A stretch of 47,996 nucleotides of DNA, from assembly GCF_004010195.1 (NCBI RefSeq), contig NC_057750.1, forward strand, positions 10,348,810 to 10,396,805, written 5' to 3'. Positions 23,401 to 38,400 of the stretch are shown here, piece after piece; position 1 is the stretch's first letter, and the number at the start of each line of letters is the position of its first letter. Under the pieces are notes generated by a model. That model was not told the origin of the DNA and searched no databases. It saw nothing but the letters and a program-made list of their open reading frames with translations. The stretch is from Chiloscyllium plagiosum. Taxonomy: Eukaryota. The translations under genes were made by a program, and so were the position numbers.

Positions 23401-26400
23401 TCTTTGGTGTACTCTAGGTCAAGTCGGCATAAGGAGGGAATAAGTTTTGGGTATTCTAAAAGGCATTAAGATGGACAAGCCCCCAAATGGGATCTACCCC
23501 AGGTTACTCAAGGAAGCGAGAGAGGAAATAGCTGGGGCTTTAACAGATATCATTGTAGCATCCTTGAACACAGCTGAGGTCCTGGAGGACTGGAGAATTG
23601 CTAATGTTCTCCCCTTGTTTAAGAAAATAGCAAGGATACTCCAGTTAAATATAGACTGGCCAGCCTGACATCAGTGGTAGGGAAGCTGCTGGAGAAGATA
23701 CAGAGGGATAGGATCTTTTCCCATTTGGAAGAAAATTGATTTATCAGAAATGGGCAGCATGGTTTTGTGTGGGGAAGGTCATGTCTTACAAACTTAATGG
23801 AATTTTTTGGGGGGAAGGGCTGAACATGTCATATACATGGACTTTAGTAAGGAATTTGATAAGGTTTCCCATGGTAGGCTAATGGAGAAGGTGAAGTTGC
23901 ATGGGGTCTAGGGTGTTCTAGCTAAATGGATAGAGAACTGGCTGGGCAACAGGAGAGAGAGAGAGAGAGAGAGAGTAGTAGTGGAAGGGAGTTTCTCAAA
24001 ATGGAGACCTCTTACCAGTGGTGTTCCACAGAAATTCGTGCTGGGACCACTGTTGTTTGTGATATACATAAATGATTTGGAGGAAGGTATCGTTTGCCTC
24101 ATTAGCAAGTTTGCAGATGACACTAAGATTGGTGGAATAGCAGATAGTGAGGGGGACTATTAGAGAATACAGCAGAATATGGATAGATTGGAGAGATGGG
24201 CAGAGAAATGGTAGATGGAGTTCAATCCAGGCAAATGCAAGGTGATGCATTTTGGAAGATCCAATTCAAGAGTGAATTATAAAGTAAGTGGAAAAGTCTT
24301 GGGGAAAATTGACATACAGAGAGATCTGGATGTTCAGGTCCATTATTGCCTGAAGGTAGCAACACAGGTCAATAAAATGGTCAAGGTGGCCTATGGCATG
24401 CTTTCCTTCATTGGACAGGATATTGAGTACAAGAGTTGGCTGGTCATATTACAGTTGTATAGGACTTTGGTTCGGCAGCATTTGGAATACTGCGTACAGT
24501 TCTGGTTGCCACATTACCAAAAGGATGTGGATGTTTTGGAGAGGGTGCAGAGGAGGTTCACCAGGATGTTGCCTGGTATGGAGGGCGCGAGCTATGAAGA
24601 GAGGTTGAATAGATTAGGATTGTTTTCGTTAGAAAGATGGAGGACGTGATTGAGGTCTACAAAATCGTGAGCAGTATAGCCAGGATGGATAGCAAGAAGC
24701 TTTTTCCCAGAGTGCAGAATTCAATTACTAGGGTTCACGAGTTCAAAGTGAGAGGGGAAAGGTTTAGGTGAGATATGCGTGGAAAGTTCTTTACGCAGAG
24801 GGTGGTGGGAGCCTGGAACGTGTTGCCAGCGGAGGCGGTAGAGGAGGGAACGATAGCATCATTTAAGATGTATCTAGACAGATACATGAATGGGCAGGGA
24901 GCAAAGGGATACAGATCTTTAGAAAATGGGCGGCAGGTTTAGATAGAGGATCTGGATCGGCGCAGGCCTGGAGGGTCACAAGGCCTGTTCCTGTGCTGTA
25001 ATTTTCTTTGTTCTATGTTCTGAAAAGGTGGTTCGTATTCTACCACAGCAGATGGTGAAATTTGAATTTAATAAAGTCTCACATCAGAGCATGTTGTTTA
25101 AAATAAAAGCACCTCCTTCACTGATGCCCTGCGATCTTTACCTAATCTGGACTACATGAGAGTCCAGACCCACAGCAGTGTGGTTCACTGTCGTCTGGCA
25201 AAAAATGCTGACTTAGCCAGTGACACCAAATCCCACAATTAGTTTCTTTAAAAATGGTTCTGAAGGAGCTGCTAGAATCTTGCTTGTGAGAACAATGTGA
25301 TTGAGAATAAACATGAGCTGATCAGACTAATTTAGTCAGACCTAACTTGAGTTTAAACCATCTGGCTGAATGTTTTGAGGATTACAGGAGATAAAGGAAT
25401 GTCTTTGAATGTTATTGATATAGATTTCCAGAGATACTGTACATACTTGCGTAAAAATTGATTTTCTGAGAATCTTCAGGTTTAAAAAAAGTTGGAGCGG
25501 TCAACTTTTACAATAAGTGGGAATGTTTCAGAGGGGCCTCACTTCAACTAAAATGTTATGTGGGAGTCAGTGTTGGAAACATCTGATCATCATTTACAGC
25601 TCTTCAGCTCTTTTGTGACGGCCTGACCTCTGGGCCAGATGTGAGTTCAAGTCCCACCTGCTGCCGATAGGGAAAATAGTGTTCTTATATTGTATTCAGA
25701 AGAATTTCCTGCAATAGTAAATGTACAGTCCAACAAGGTAGGATGCAAAATCTGATACAGATACAGCTGCATGTGACAGTTTAATAATTATAGCTCCCTG
25801 TGTCATATACGGTTTACTATAAACAGCTCTGCTTAATATTATAGAGCTCCATGTGTGACACAGTTTAATAGATACAGCTCCCTCTGTGACTCTAATCACT
25901 GTGTAACAAGCACACTGTTTAATATATACAGTTTCCTGTGTAACAGTGTTTGCAATATTTTCTAACCAACCTATTCAGGGATGTCATTACATACATCTGG
26001 AGCAGATGTGACTTGAACCTCCTGGCACAGAGGTCGGGACATTACCACCACACCACTAGAGCCTCCACCACTGTTTAAATGAAAGCTGGAATACCTGGGT
26101 AACCTTAATGAGAAACTCTTTAACAAGCAAAATGTCACCTCAGTTTGATGCTTGAAATTGTCCTAATCCTGGCCCCAGATTTTTGACCCTCAATACCACA
26201 TTGAGAAGCCCTGGTATAAAATGCCTGTGTTCTGGCCCATCTGGTTATGCAGCTCCACGTGGTGACATATTTACATGATATTAGATTCTGCGTGATGTCG
26301 ATCACATAGTCACCAGATCAATCCATAGTATTATAACGTATCGCTAGTTCACTTACTGCGTAGATGTAGAATCCAATGTAGTAGAAATTGATCTTATCTT

Positions 26401-29400
26401 TCTTGCGACCATATTTCTGCAGAAGTTCGACAGCAATTGTACAGGTAAGCTCCTCATCATGCGGATCGTCGTCCTTCTCGAATAGTCTCAATCTGTACTG
26501 AGGGTTTGTCGAGAATGTGTCTGTGTTTGTTGGGGATTGTGTTTGGAGGGGGGGGAAGAGAAATCCAAAAAGAGCATTCAGTCAACAGGGAATGTAAAGG
26601 GAGATGCTGCAAGTGGGTGGACTCTGGAATTCAGTGCTCAAGATTGTATAGGTGGCAGATTAATCTTGTTTTATAATTGTTCACCTGATGAGGGCATCAC
26701 TGGCTGACATTTATTGCCCATCCCTAGTTGCCCTTGTTTGGCAGTTTCAGAGGGCACATAAGAGTCAACCCATTGCTGTACATCTGGAGTCACGTGTAGG
26801 CCAGAACAGGTAAGGATGGCAGATTTTTTTTCCCTAAAGGACTTTAGTGAATCAGATAGGTTTTTAAAAAAACAACAGTTGCCATTAGATGAACTCTTTG
26901 TTCCAGATTTTTTAAATTGAATTCCAATTTCATCACCAGTCAGCAGGATTTGAATCAGTGCCCCCAAAATCTTAACCTGGGATGCTGGATTATTAGTTCA
27001 GTGACATTACCACCAACATCTAGAGTCAAACAGCTCAGAAACAGACTCTTTGGTCCAACTCTTCCTTGACACCCAGGTTTTCTAAACTGAACTACAGAGA
27101 AACCTTGATAACATTGTTAGCCAATCTCTGGGACGTTGCGATCTTGTCTGGATAATCCAAAGTTTGGTTAATCGTATGCCGGATAATTGAGGTTCCTCTG
27201 TAGTCCAATTTGCTTGCATTTGGCCCATATCCCTCTAAACCTTTTCTAGTCATGTACCTGTCCAAGTGTCCTTTAAATGTTGTAATTATACTCATCTTTA
27301 CTATGTCCTCTGGCAGTTTGTTCTATATATGCAGTACTCTCACTGTGAAAAAGTTGCCCCTTGGGTCCCTTTTAAACCTTTTGCCTCTCTGCTTAAACTT
27401 ATGCCCTCTAGTTTTGGACTCCCCTATCTTCGGGAAAAGACCATGGCTATTTGCCTTATCTATGTCCTTTACAATTTTATAAACCGCTGTAATGTTGTCC
27501 CTCAACCTTCTCTGGTCCAGCGAAGAAAGTCCCAGCGTATCAAGCCTCTCCTTATAACTCAAACCCCCGTCCTTGTAAATGTTTCTTGCACCCTTTCCAG
27601 TTTAATAATAGGGCAACCAAAATTGTATGCTGTATTCTAAATGTGTCCTTACTAGTGTCTTGTACAACTGTAACATGATGTCCCAACTTCTGTACTCCTG
27701 ACTGATTAAGCAAGCATGCCAAATGCTGCCTTCACCACCCTTTCTATTTGTGATGCCACTTTCAAGGAACTATGTACCTGCAGCCTAAGTGTTTCTGATC
27801 GACAACAGTCCACAGGGTCCTACAGTAACTGTGTAAGATCTGCTCTCACATTTATATAAATTAAACTCCATCTGCCATTCCTCAGCTGACTGGTTCAGTT
27901 GATCAAGTTCCTCTTGAACTCTTAAGAATCTTCACTCTCTGCTATATTACCAATTTTGGTGTCATTTGCAAATTTAGTAACCATGCCTCTTGTATTATCA
28001 TTCACATCGCTTATATAAATGATGACCATGGACGCAGCACCAATCCTTGCAGCACACCACTGGTCGCAGGTATCCAGTCTAAACAACAACCCTCTACCAG
28101 CACACACTATCTCCTAGCATCAAGGTAACTCTGTATCCAATTGGCTAGCTCTCTCTGGATCCCATGTGATCCATCCTTTCTAACCAGTCTACCATGTGGA
28201 ACTTTGTCTACATGGACTTTAGGAAGGCCTTCAACAATGTCAAATGCTCTGCCTTCATTGATCTATCTTAGTCATTTCTTCAAAAAACCTCAATCAAGTT
28301 TATGAGTCATAATTTCCTGCGCAAAGCCATGCTGACTGTCCCTAATCAGTCCTTGCCTTTCCACATGCATGCAGATTTAGTCTTTCAGAATCCCCTCGAA
28401 CAACTTACCCACCACTGATGTAGGGCTCATTGGCTTGGGAGTTGTGTGCCCAATTACCCCATGCCCCAGGCAAATTCTCTTCCACCCCCCCACTCCCTGC
28501 CCATGATTTACAAAGTTAGCATCAAACTGGCACTGCCTGTTTTAAATTAGCTCGTCTGCTTAGGAAGTTTCTCAATCACGTTCTCAGAATGTTGTAAACA
28601 GCTTAAATTGTGATTAATCCCATCTCGTATGTTGTCACTGTTGGAATGTAAATCTACGGCAGCTCAATTTTGCACAATATAATTCTAATTGTCTACTTGT
28701 TCTTTTTGCTTGGGGATTGGAAGAGGAAGATTGGCCGGGACATTTCCTGTCCACTTGGACCATGAACCTATGATCCAAAAGATGGCACCTCCACCACTGC
28801 TACATTCCCCAAGGTATGACACAGGAAGTATCAGCCTGAATGATGGGAGAGGGACTAAGCACATGACCATCTGATTCTTAATGGCCTCTCATTCTGTGTG
28901 GAATTTCAGCCCTGATCTTTGACCCCAAGTGAAAGAAGCATAGAGTGGCAAAGAGGTTCTTTATTCTTACATGGGACTTGGGCATCGCTGGCAGGGCCAA
29001 CATTTGTTGACCATCCCCAAGTGCCCTTGAACTGTTTGTTTTGCTTAGAGTGGTGCTGGAAAACCACAGCCGGTCAGGCAGCATTCGAGGAGCAGGAAAA
29101 TCGACGTTTCGAAGGGCTTTTGCCCGAAACATCGATTTTCCTGCTCCTCGAATGCTGCCTGACTGGCTGTGCTTTTCCAGCACCACTCTAATCTAGACTC
29201 TGATTTCCAGCATTTGCAGTACTCACTTTTGCCTGTTTGTCTTGCTTGGCCATTGCAAAGTCAACCACATTGCTGTGAACCAGGAATTACACGTAGGCCA
29301 GATTTCTTTCCCTAAAAATCTCGAGTGAACCAAATGGGTTCCTACAAATAATCAATGTTTGTGGTTATGGTATGAGATTAGCTTTAAAGCTCCAGATTTA

Positions 29401-32400
29401 CTTTTTGAGTTTAAATGAATTGAACCAACATCAACAAAGTATTAACCTGGGCTGCTGGCTTCCTAATCCAGTAACATTACCAACACCCCACTATTTCCAG
29501 TGAATTCTGAATGTGAGAAACATGAGTGTTTGTGTAACTATTGCACAAGACCTTTATTTAGAGTTGGTCTCTTAATCACCCACGGGCGCCATTTCACTGC
29601 TACAGGGTTTGATTGCAGAGAGACTTAATCTCCTCTAAAATGCCATTTGAGAAAAACAAGTGTTCACAATCGAGCACAGGCCAGAACTTGCTCAAAGAAT
29701 ATTGCACAGACAGCTTGCTGGAATGGATGAGTAAGTGGCAGATTAAATTCAGTGTAGAGAATTGCAAAGCAGTCAGAAGAGAGACAACATAAATAAAAGG
29801 GTATGATACTAAAGGGAGTGCAGGAGCAGTGGGACCTGAGCATATTGTACACAATTTATTGAAGGTGGCAGAATGTGCTGCCTGAGTGTGTGGGGGAGGC
29901 AGGTTCAGGTGAGGCTTTCAAAATGTAAACTAGGTCTTTATCAGAAAAGGAAGAATGTGCAGGATTACCAAGGAAAACATTAGAGAATATCAGGAAGGGA
30001 ATTGATCAAACGCTGTAGACATAATGCACCGAACAGTCTCTGTCTGTCCTACAGCCATTACATAATTTGGATTTTGAAGAACTGATTTTGAAACTGGGAA
30101 TTATTTACTCTTGTGCTGTCAGGAACATTGTGAACAGCCCCATTCCCTTCTCCTCCTCCGTAGCCCAAATTGCTGTTGCATCGTAACATGCACGGACCTG
30201 TCTTAACTACTGTTCTTGGAAATTAGGGTCTACCACACAGTATGTGAGCTGAAAATGTGTTGCTGGAAAAGCGCAGCAGGTCAGGCAGCATCCAGGGAAC
30301 AGGAGAATCGACGTTTCGGGCATAAGCTTTTCCAGCAACACATTTTCAGCTCTGATCTCCAGCCCTCACTTTCTCCACACAGTATGTGAGCATGGCCCAG
30401 GTTCCAGTTTGTCAGAGAGCTAGTAACAGACAGTCCAGGGCTGACTCCTAACTCTCCACAACATTCCCTCCCGCCTTTTGAAGTTTAAGAGTCAACCACA
30501 TCGCTGTGGAAATAAGGAACTTTGGAACAGTACGTCTTGAGAATCGATGCATGTCAGTTGAAATAATACTCGTTTATCTGCCCTTGGTTTTGAATTTTTT
30601 TGACCTTGGTGCCCACCACCCTGGGGATTACCTCTTTTCCAGAATCTCGGAGCCTGTAAGAATTTATTACCAGTCAGTAAGGGGGGTCAGGGCTAAGGAG
30701 GCAATGGACACACTGGCTTCTGACAATAATACTCTTACCTTCATTAGTGCATCCGCCAGCACTAATTCCTGCCACCCACTTCCCTTCGTGAGAAGTAATG
30801 GTCCAGAGACAGTTGGTGCTGTGTAGGCAGAGGGGTTGTAGATTACACAGCTCAATCTGGGTGAAGTTCTCAGCAAGAATTTTGGCTGGCATCCTGTATA
30901 AGAGGGGATGATAGTGGCAATGTGGTAAGACACAAGGCAAAAGGTCAGAAAGCTAACCAAGTGGCTCCTGCATTCTCCCTTTATTCTGCACTTTGTACCC
31001 AGCAGTGGTGCAAAATCCCTATTGGCAGTGAGAGTTCTCCTTTAAAAACCAAGGAAACAATTAGTGTCAGAACCCATCCTAACCCCATTAATTAACAACA
31101 ATCTCAGTGCTAAAGCAGAAGTCATCTTTCTTGCTTAATGCTAGACAAAGACATGGGCTGTTGAAGCTTTTCACCTCTCACTCATCAGGACAGAATTACA
31201 AGAATGCCACATTTCAAAGGGAATAACAATTTATAGTGCTGAGGAAAGGATGCTGATTGGTTGCCAAGAAGCCTCTGATTACTTGGAATTTAGTCATGGA
31301 GAATGCACCAGGGAAATCAAATGGAGCCATATTTGATTGACCATTGTTGCCCCCATTCTGATTTACAGCAAAGTGCTTTCAGTGCAAGTCAGAGTGAAGC
31401 ACTTACCAGAATTCCCCATCTTCCTTAATCATCAACTTCAGTTTGGTCTTCTCATTCTCACTAACTGCATTCCACAACTGGGATCTGCAAAAACAGGAAA
31501 GAGAACATTAGATATTGGGGGGAAATCCAGTATAATGAGCCTGAGATCCTTCACTGTCTATGATCTTGAAAGATTTAAATTGAAACACTTCATAAAATCC
31601 AAATCCAGGTGAGAAATAAGGTGGGGTTGTTGAGTAAGAACTTGCAGGATGAGTGGCAAAATCATGTTTCCTTATTGACAGAGTAAGGCACAAAGACAAT
31701 ACTGTCCTGGGAGTGTTTAATGGGAACAACATTGAGGGAGCTTTAGTCTGTAATTGGCCTTGTATGTTCTCCCTGCCCTTCTGAGTGTTTGATGTAGATG
31801 GTATGGAATGGGCTTTGCTTGCAGTTTAGAAGAGTAGTGGGACCTTTATTTTCTATCTAACCCTGTGCTGTTCCTTTCCTTCATCTGGAAGCATAGAGCT
31901 TTACTGTTTCCAAACATGTGCTATCACTGTCTTGGGAATGTTTGATGGGATAGTGAATGGGGGTGGAAAATTTTGAGGAGACAATATGTAGTTTCTGGAC
32001 TGTTATGGTTGCTCCTGCACCCAGGAAGGAAATGGCTAAACCAATATGGAGCACAAGATCCCCTGCTGGTTGGAGAAACTAGGCCCTTAAGGAGTCTTAT
32101 CCTTGAAGTCTGGCTGATTCTGATCCAACCTTCACAAAACTACAGCACTGGCAATGGGATCTGGTTCAGGTAACCATGGAAATGATTTTGGGAGCAGGTA
32201 ACCAGTATTCGGCTAGTTTTGATAATTCTCAGATTCTGTTTGCCTCTGTTCTGGTCCTGTGCCTACAGTGGCCATAGCTAACCTGTCTCATGCAGTGTGT
32301 GAAACCTTTGGGAGAGAACTCCCTCCTACCTGTCACTCCATGGACCATTGTACTCCTTGTGACCCCAAGGATTGCGCAAACGGAAGAGTCTTATTGAGGA

Positions 32401-35400
32401 GCCATCATACTTCACCTAGTGATGGAAACAAGTGGATGAGGGTCAGTGGTAGAACAAGGACTACAGAACTATTATAACACAGAAGGAGGCTATTAGGCTT
32501 GGTTCGAATACCTACTGCCTCCTGCCTTTTCCCCATCACATTAGTTGAATAGAAATGTTTCTATTTCTATTCAACTAATCATCCTCTAGAATGCCTCTAT
32601 AAATATTAATATGTAAGGGCCTGCCTTCTGCAAGCACGAGGAACAGGTCCAGGTACTTTCTCTTTGTTGACTTAAAAATGAGTGTAGGGGACAATAGTTC
32701 CTTAATGCATGGTAGAAGCTCAACCAGAGTGAAACTAATCAGCATCCTTTTCTCATGCATTTTAAACTGTTGTTCTGTTTGAGATTTGGCATTCTTGCGA
32801 TTCTATGTGTTGAAGAGCCTTGACAACATGTCCCTTTATTCAGCAGTACACCAGCTCTGTGTGCCCAGGGCATTCTACAAGAGCGTTTTAAAACTGATCA
32901 AAGGAAGTGTAGAAAGGGCACTTTGAAGGTGTCTTAGGATTTTCCAAATTGACATTGAATCCTGTGCAGAATCCAGGGCCTATCGCAACTAAGCTTTTAA
33001 AAAAAGCACAGCCTTGTATTGACCATTGAAAGCAAGCACCGATCAGAGGCAAGAGAAAACAGAGAGACCCAGCCCAAATGAGCAATTGATCCAAAATGCA
33101 GTTGCCGATCATAGCCCATCCTATTTACAGCAGAACCTTATAGGCGCAGATGGGTGTGAGCAGTCACCAATGTTCCCCACCAAGAACCTGAACTCGAACG
33201 AATACAGTCATTTTCACCCAGAAGCATGAACAGACTCCAAGTCACATACGGAGCTGTGAGATCACAGAGACCATGCACTTCGACAATAAGGTGAGATTCA
33301 GAAAGAGTATTAAAGAGGAAAGTGAGGCTGAATATTGGATGTGTTTCGGGGAGGCAGGACCTGGGCAAAAATTAAATTCAGACACGCCCAACAAACAATA
33401 ATGTGTGGAGCTCTGATGTCAGAGGAGATGACAGAATGGTGAGGAGCGAGGATGTGCTCACCGTGTCTGCACCTGTGATTGCGTACGAATGTGCCTTCAT
33501 TAGACCCAGGCCATGGTCCTTCTCCACATCCTCCTGGTTGGCAGCCTAGGATAAACCCAGAAGGTCACTGTCACAACGGGTTTGGAATCAGCAACAAACT
33601 CCGAGATCCTACTCCCAGATCCCGACAGTAATCATGCAGCTCAGGATGGTTAATCCTACAATGTCTTAATGGGGTTATGAATGATCCAATTGGTCACCTC
33701 GTCTGATCTTGGGATCTCCTGCCCTCATGGTTAGGCCACGTGTTGGCTAACCCAGAGGAGAGGGTTATTTGCTGAATTCTTGGGAATGAGAACAACCTGA
33801 GGTTCCCGTACCTCCAGCCTCAATGGGAAGGTGTGGACAGATCAGTAACCACCAGTCCCCTGATTGAAAATGGTTGTGACCAAAATAAGAGTCCCACAAA
33901 ACAACTGGAGTAAATTTCTAAAATTGATTTCCGAGGTCTCCCTCCAGGTTCAAGGGTCCATACCCTGATATCTCTCTTTGGTGAGGTCTCAGCTCCTTCT
34001 GCCAGACTCCCTGTCTCCTCAACCCTTCCTCTCCTCCAAATCCCTCTAATCCTTCCTCAGAGCCTCTCTTTTCCCAAAACCATCATTCCCCTCTCTCCTA
34101 ATCCTTCCTCAGAGCCCCTCTCTCCAAAATCCCCATTCACATCTCCATAGAAGTCTCCATCAGGGTTCCTCTCTCTCCTCAAACACCAAATTCCCTCTTC
34201 GCCTAACTCTCCCTCAGGACCCCACTCTGCCCAATCCTCTCAAAGCGCCTCTCTTCCCCTGATTCTCCCTTATCGTCCCTCTCTGTCCAAAACCCCATTT
34301 TCCCCCCCTCCAACATTCCCTCGGGGTTCCTCTCTTCCCCATATCCTCCCTCAGAGCCTCTCCCTCCTAAAACACCCAATCCTCTCTTCCCCCAAACCCA
34401 CCCTCAGTTATACAGAATAATATAGAATCCCTACAGTATGGATTTGCCCCAACAAGTCCATGCTGACCCTCCGAAGGGCAACCCACCCAGGCCCATTTCC
34501 CTACTGCTCTACATTTACCTTTGACTAATACACCTAACCTACACATCCCTGAACACTTTGGGCAATTTTTAGCATGGTCAATTCACCTAACCTGCACATC
34601 TTTGGACTGTGGGAGGAAACCGGTGCATCCGGAGGAAACCCACGGAGACATGGGGAGAATGTGCAAACTCCACACAGACAGTTACCCGAGGCGACAATTG
34701 AACCCAGGTCCCTGGCACTGTAAGGCAACAGTGCTAACCACTGAGCCATCGTGCTGCCCAGTTCCTCTTTCTCAATAAGATGCCAAACTCCTTTCTCCCA
34801 AACCCTCTCTACCCCACCCTTTTCAAGTTCCCACTCTGCCTAGCACTTTCTCAGAATCTGTCTCCATTCTCCTCTCCCCCAATCTTCCTTTAGGTTCCCT
34901 GTCTACCCAAGCCTTTCTCATTCACCACCACCCCCAATCACCTTCAGTTCCACACTCTTTCTTTCTCTCTCCCTCCTTCTAGACACCCAACATCCATTTC
35001 TCTTCAAGCCCTCTGTCTCCTATGTGACCCTAAGTCCCCAGTAACCCCTCCCACTAAAACCCCCATCCCTACTCAACTAGCTTTACCTAGTCTATCCCTT
35101 TCTATAAACCATAATCCACTCCACCAATTTCCCTCTCTCTACCACTCCAGAACCAGAGGTCACTGTCTAAAGATGCTGGCTAAGATATTTAGGACTATGG
35201 AATTCTCTGCCACAGAAAGGCAGAAGATGTTAGATATGTTTCTTCTGGCTAAAGGGATGAAAGGGTATGGGGAGAAAGTGGGAACCGTGGACTGAGGCAG
35301 ATGATCAGCCATGATCACATTGAATAGCTGAAGTAGGTTTGAAAGGCCGAATAACCTACACAGCTGCCGTTTTCTATGTTTAACCCTCTCTCCCTGATTC

Positions 35401-38400
35401 CCCAACTGTTGCACTCTGAGCCACCACCTCCCCTTGACCTCAGTAGCTACAACCCAGTGAGAGGGGCAGTGGACAGCGACAGAGAGTTAAAGCCCCATGA
35501 TCTTCTGAAGAGATCCAGTGAATCAAGAGTATCCCATCAGACTGGTCATTGAGGCCTGGAGTTGCTCAGCAACACCATATTGGAGCCTCCCATTGGGAGT
35601 GAGAGCAACAGCATAGTGTTGGCATTACCTCGATGCTGCAGGATGCCAGTGACTGCTTGGTGAGAGCTCGCTTAATCAACATCCACAGCTCATCTGGGGT
35701 TATGGAGCTCATTTTGAAAGAGACAGCAATTCCTCCGGTGAAGTCTTCCATTGCCTCTGACACATTGCCGCTGATTAAACTGGAATAGGAACCATACAGC
35801 CTACAGGGGCAAGACCAGAATGTCACCATCATATCGAAATAATTGTCTTTGTTGACACTTTAGATCTTAAAAGTTGCATGTGAGTGTTACATTGAGGGGA
35901 GTGGGATATAACACTATTACCCTGACGGGTGCAGGGATGTGGGGGATATCAGAGTGTTACAGTGAGGTGTGTTGGCTATATTGGAGTGTTCTGGTTAGGG
36001 TTGTGGGATATATCAGAGTTACAGTGAGGACTGTGGGCTATATCAGAGTTACAGTGAAGGGTGTGGGGTATATCAGGGAGTGACACTGCTGAAGTCAGGT
36101 GATATCTACCTGCTGCAGGCAGTCAACTTTGTGGCTCTTTTAAAAAATGTGTCTTAACTGAACAGTCACTAGCTAATAATTGCAGAATAGATCGCTATGA
36201 AATAAGATGCGACTGACTTCAACACTGCTAAGGACAGCACTGTGAGAAGATTGAAAGGAGTGCGGAAATTGAGTAAAGGCAGGACAAACAGAGCTGTCCC
36301 CTCAGGTAGATCAACGCTGGTTAATTGAATAGCCATAAACCATGTAGGATTTGCTAAAATACAGGTTAAATGATCCTTACAAATTTCCATGAGCACATTG
36401 TTGGCTATTTTGAAGAGTTCCTAACAGGTGTGCTTTCCTTGAAACTTCCCTTGGTCAACCTATTCAGAGGTATTATTAAACACCTCTGCAGCAGGTGGGA
36501 CTCTAATCCAGACCTCCCGGTTAAGGGGTATGGACATTACCACCACATCACAACAGGTCCTTGGTCCTTGTTATGGAGTTTTAAACCAATGTTCTGATTA
36601 TGTTGGCACATGGTGTTCCACCTAGTGGTGGCATTGGGCACAACTGGATTCTCAACCATACTGATCCATTTAAGTCAAAGAGATGTACAGCATGGAAACA
36701 GACCCTTCAGCCCAACGAGTCCATGCCGACCAGGTACTCCACTCTAATCTTGTCCCATTTACCAGTACTTGGCCCATATCCCTCTAAACCCTTCCTAATC
36801 ATATACCCATCCAGGTGCCTTTTAAATGTTGTCGAGAGTGTGAAGGTGGAAAAGCACAGCAGGTTCATGCAGCATCTGAAGAGCAGGGGAATCGACATTT
36901 CAGGCATTAGCTCTTCATCGGGAAATTCCTGATGAAGGGCTAATGCCCAAGACCTTGATTCTTCTGCTCCTTGGATGCTGCCTGACCTGCTGTGCTTTTT
37001 CTCCTCCACACACTCGACTCTGATCGCCAGCATCTGCAATCCTCACTTTTTTCTAGCCTTCTAAATGTTGCAATTATACTAGCCTCCACCACTACTTCTG
37101 GCAGGTCATTACTTACACGTATCAGCCTCTGCTTTAAAAAGTTCACCCTTAGGTCCCTTTTATATCTTTCCCCTCTCACCCTAAACCTATGCCGTCTAGT
37201 TCTGGGATCCCCCATCTCAGGGAAAAGACTTTGTCTATTTATCCTATCCATGCCCCTCATGATTTTATAAACCTCTGAGATCACCCCTCAGCCTTCAATG
37301 CTCCGGGGAAAACAGCCCCAACCTATTCAGCCTCTCACTGTAGCTCAAATCCTCCAATCCTGGCAACGTCCTTGTAAATCTTCTGAACCCTTTCAAGTTT
37401 CACAACATTTTTCTGATAGGAAGACGACCAGAATTGCACGCAATATTCCAAAAGTGGCCTAACCAACATCCTATACAACTGCAACATGACCTCCCAACTC
37501 CAATACTCAATACTCTGACCGATAAAGGAAAGCATACAAAACGCATTCATCGCTATCCTATCGACCTGCGACTCTACTTTCAAGGAGCTATGAACTTGCA
37601 TTCCAAGATCTCTTTGTTCAGCAACATTCCCCAGGACCTTACCATTAAGTGTATAAGTCCTGCTCTGATTTGCTTTCCCAAAATTCTATCACCTCACATT
37701 TACCTAAATTAAACTCCATCTGCCTCTTCTCAGCCCATTGGCCCATCTGACCAAGAGGTACCTTCTTCGCTGCCCACTACACCTCCAGTTTTGGTGTCAT
37801 CTGCAAACTTAGTAACTATACCTCCTATGTTCATATCCAAATCATTTATATAAATGACGAAAAGTAGTGGACCCAGCACCGATCCTTGTGGCACATCACT
37901 GGTCACAGGCCTCCAGTCCGAAAAACAACCCTCCACCACCACCCACTGCCTTCAAACTTTGAGCCAGTTCTTATCCAAATGGCTAGTTCTCCCTGTATTC
38001 CATGAGATCTACCTTGCTAACCAGTCTCCCATGGGGAACCTTGTCGAATGCCTTTTAGATATGTCCACCACTCTGCCCTCATCAATCATCTTAGTTACTT
38101 TTTCAAAAAACTCAATTAAGTTTGTGAGACATGATTTCACACATACAAAGCCATGTTGACTATCCCTAATCAGTCCTTGCCTTTCCACATATGGGTAAAT
38201 CCTGTCCCTCAGGATTCCCTCCAACAACTTCTCCACCACCGATGTCAGGCTCACTGGTCTATAGTTCCCTGGCTTGTCCTTACCACCTTTCTTAAATAAT
38301 GATACCACATTAGCCAACCTCCAGTCTTCTGGCACCTCACTTGTGAATATCGATGATACAAATATCTCGGCAAGGGGCCCAGCAATCACTTCCCCAGCTT

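Noticed and set aside
36925..36960. Functional hammerhead in the nested insert
   Set aside because: CUGAUGA and stem II are present, but the GAAA box is mutated to AAGA.
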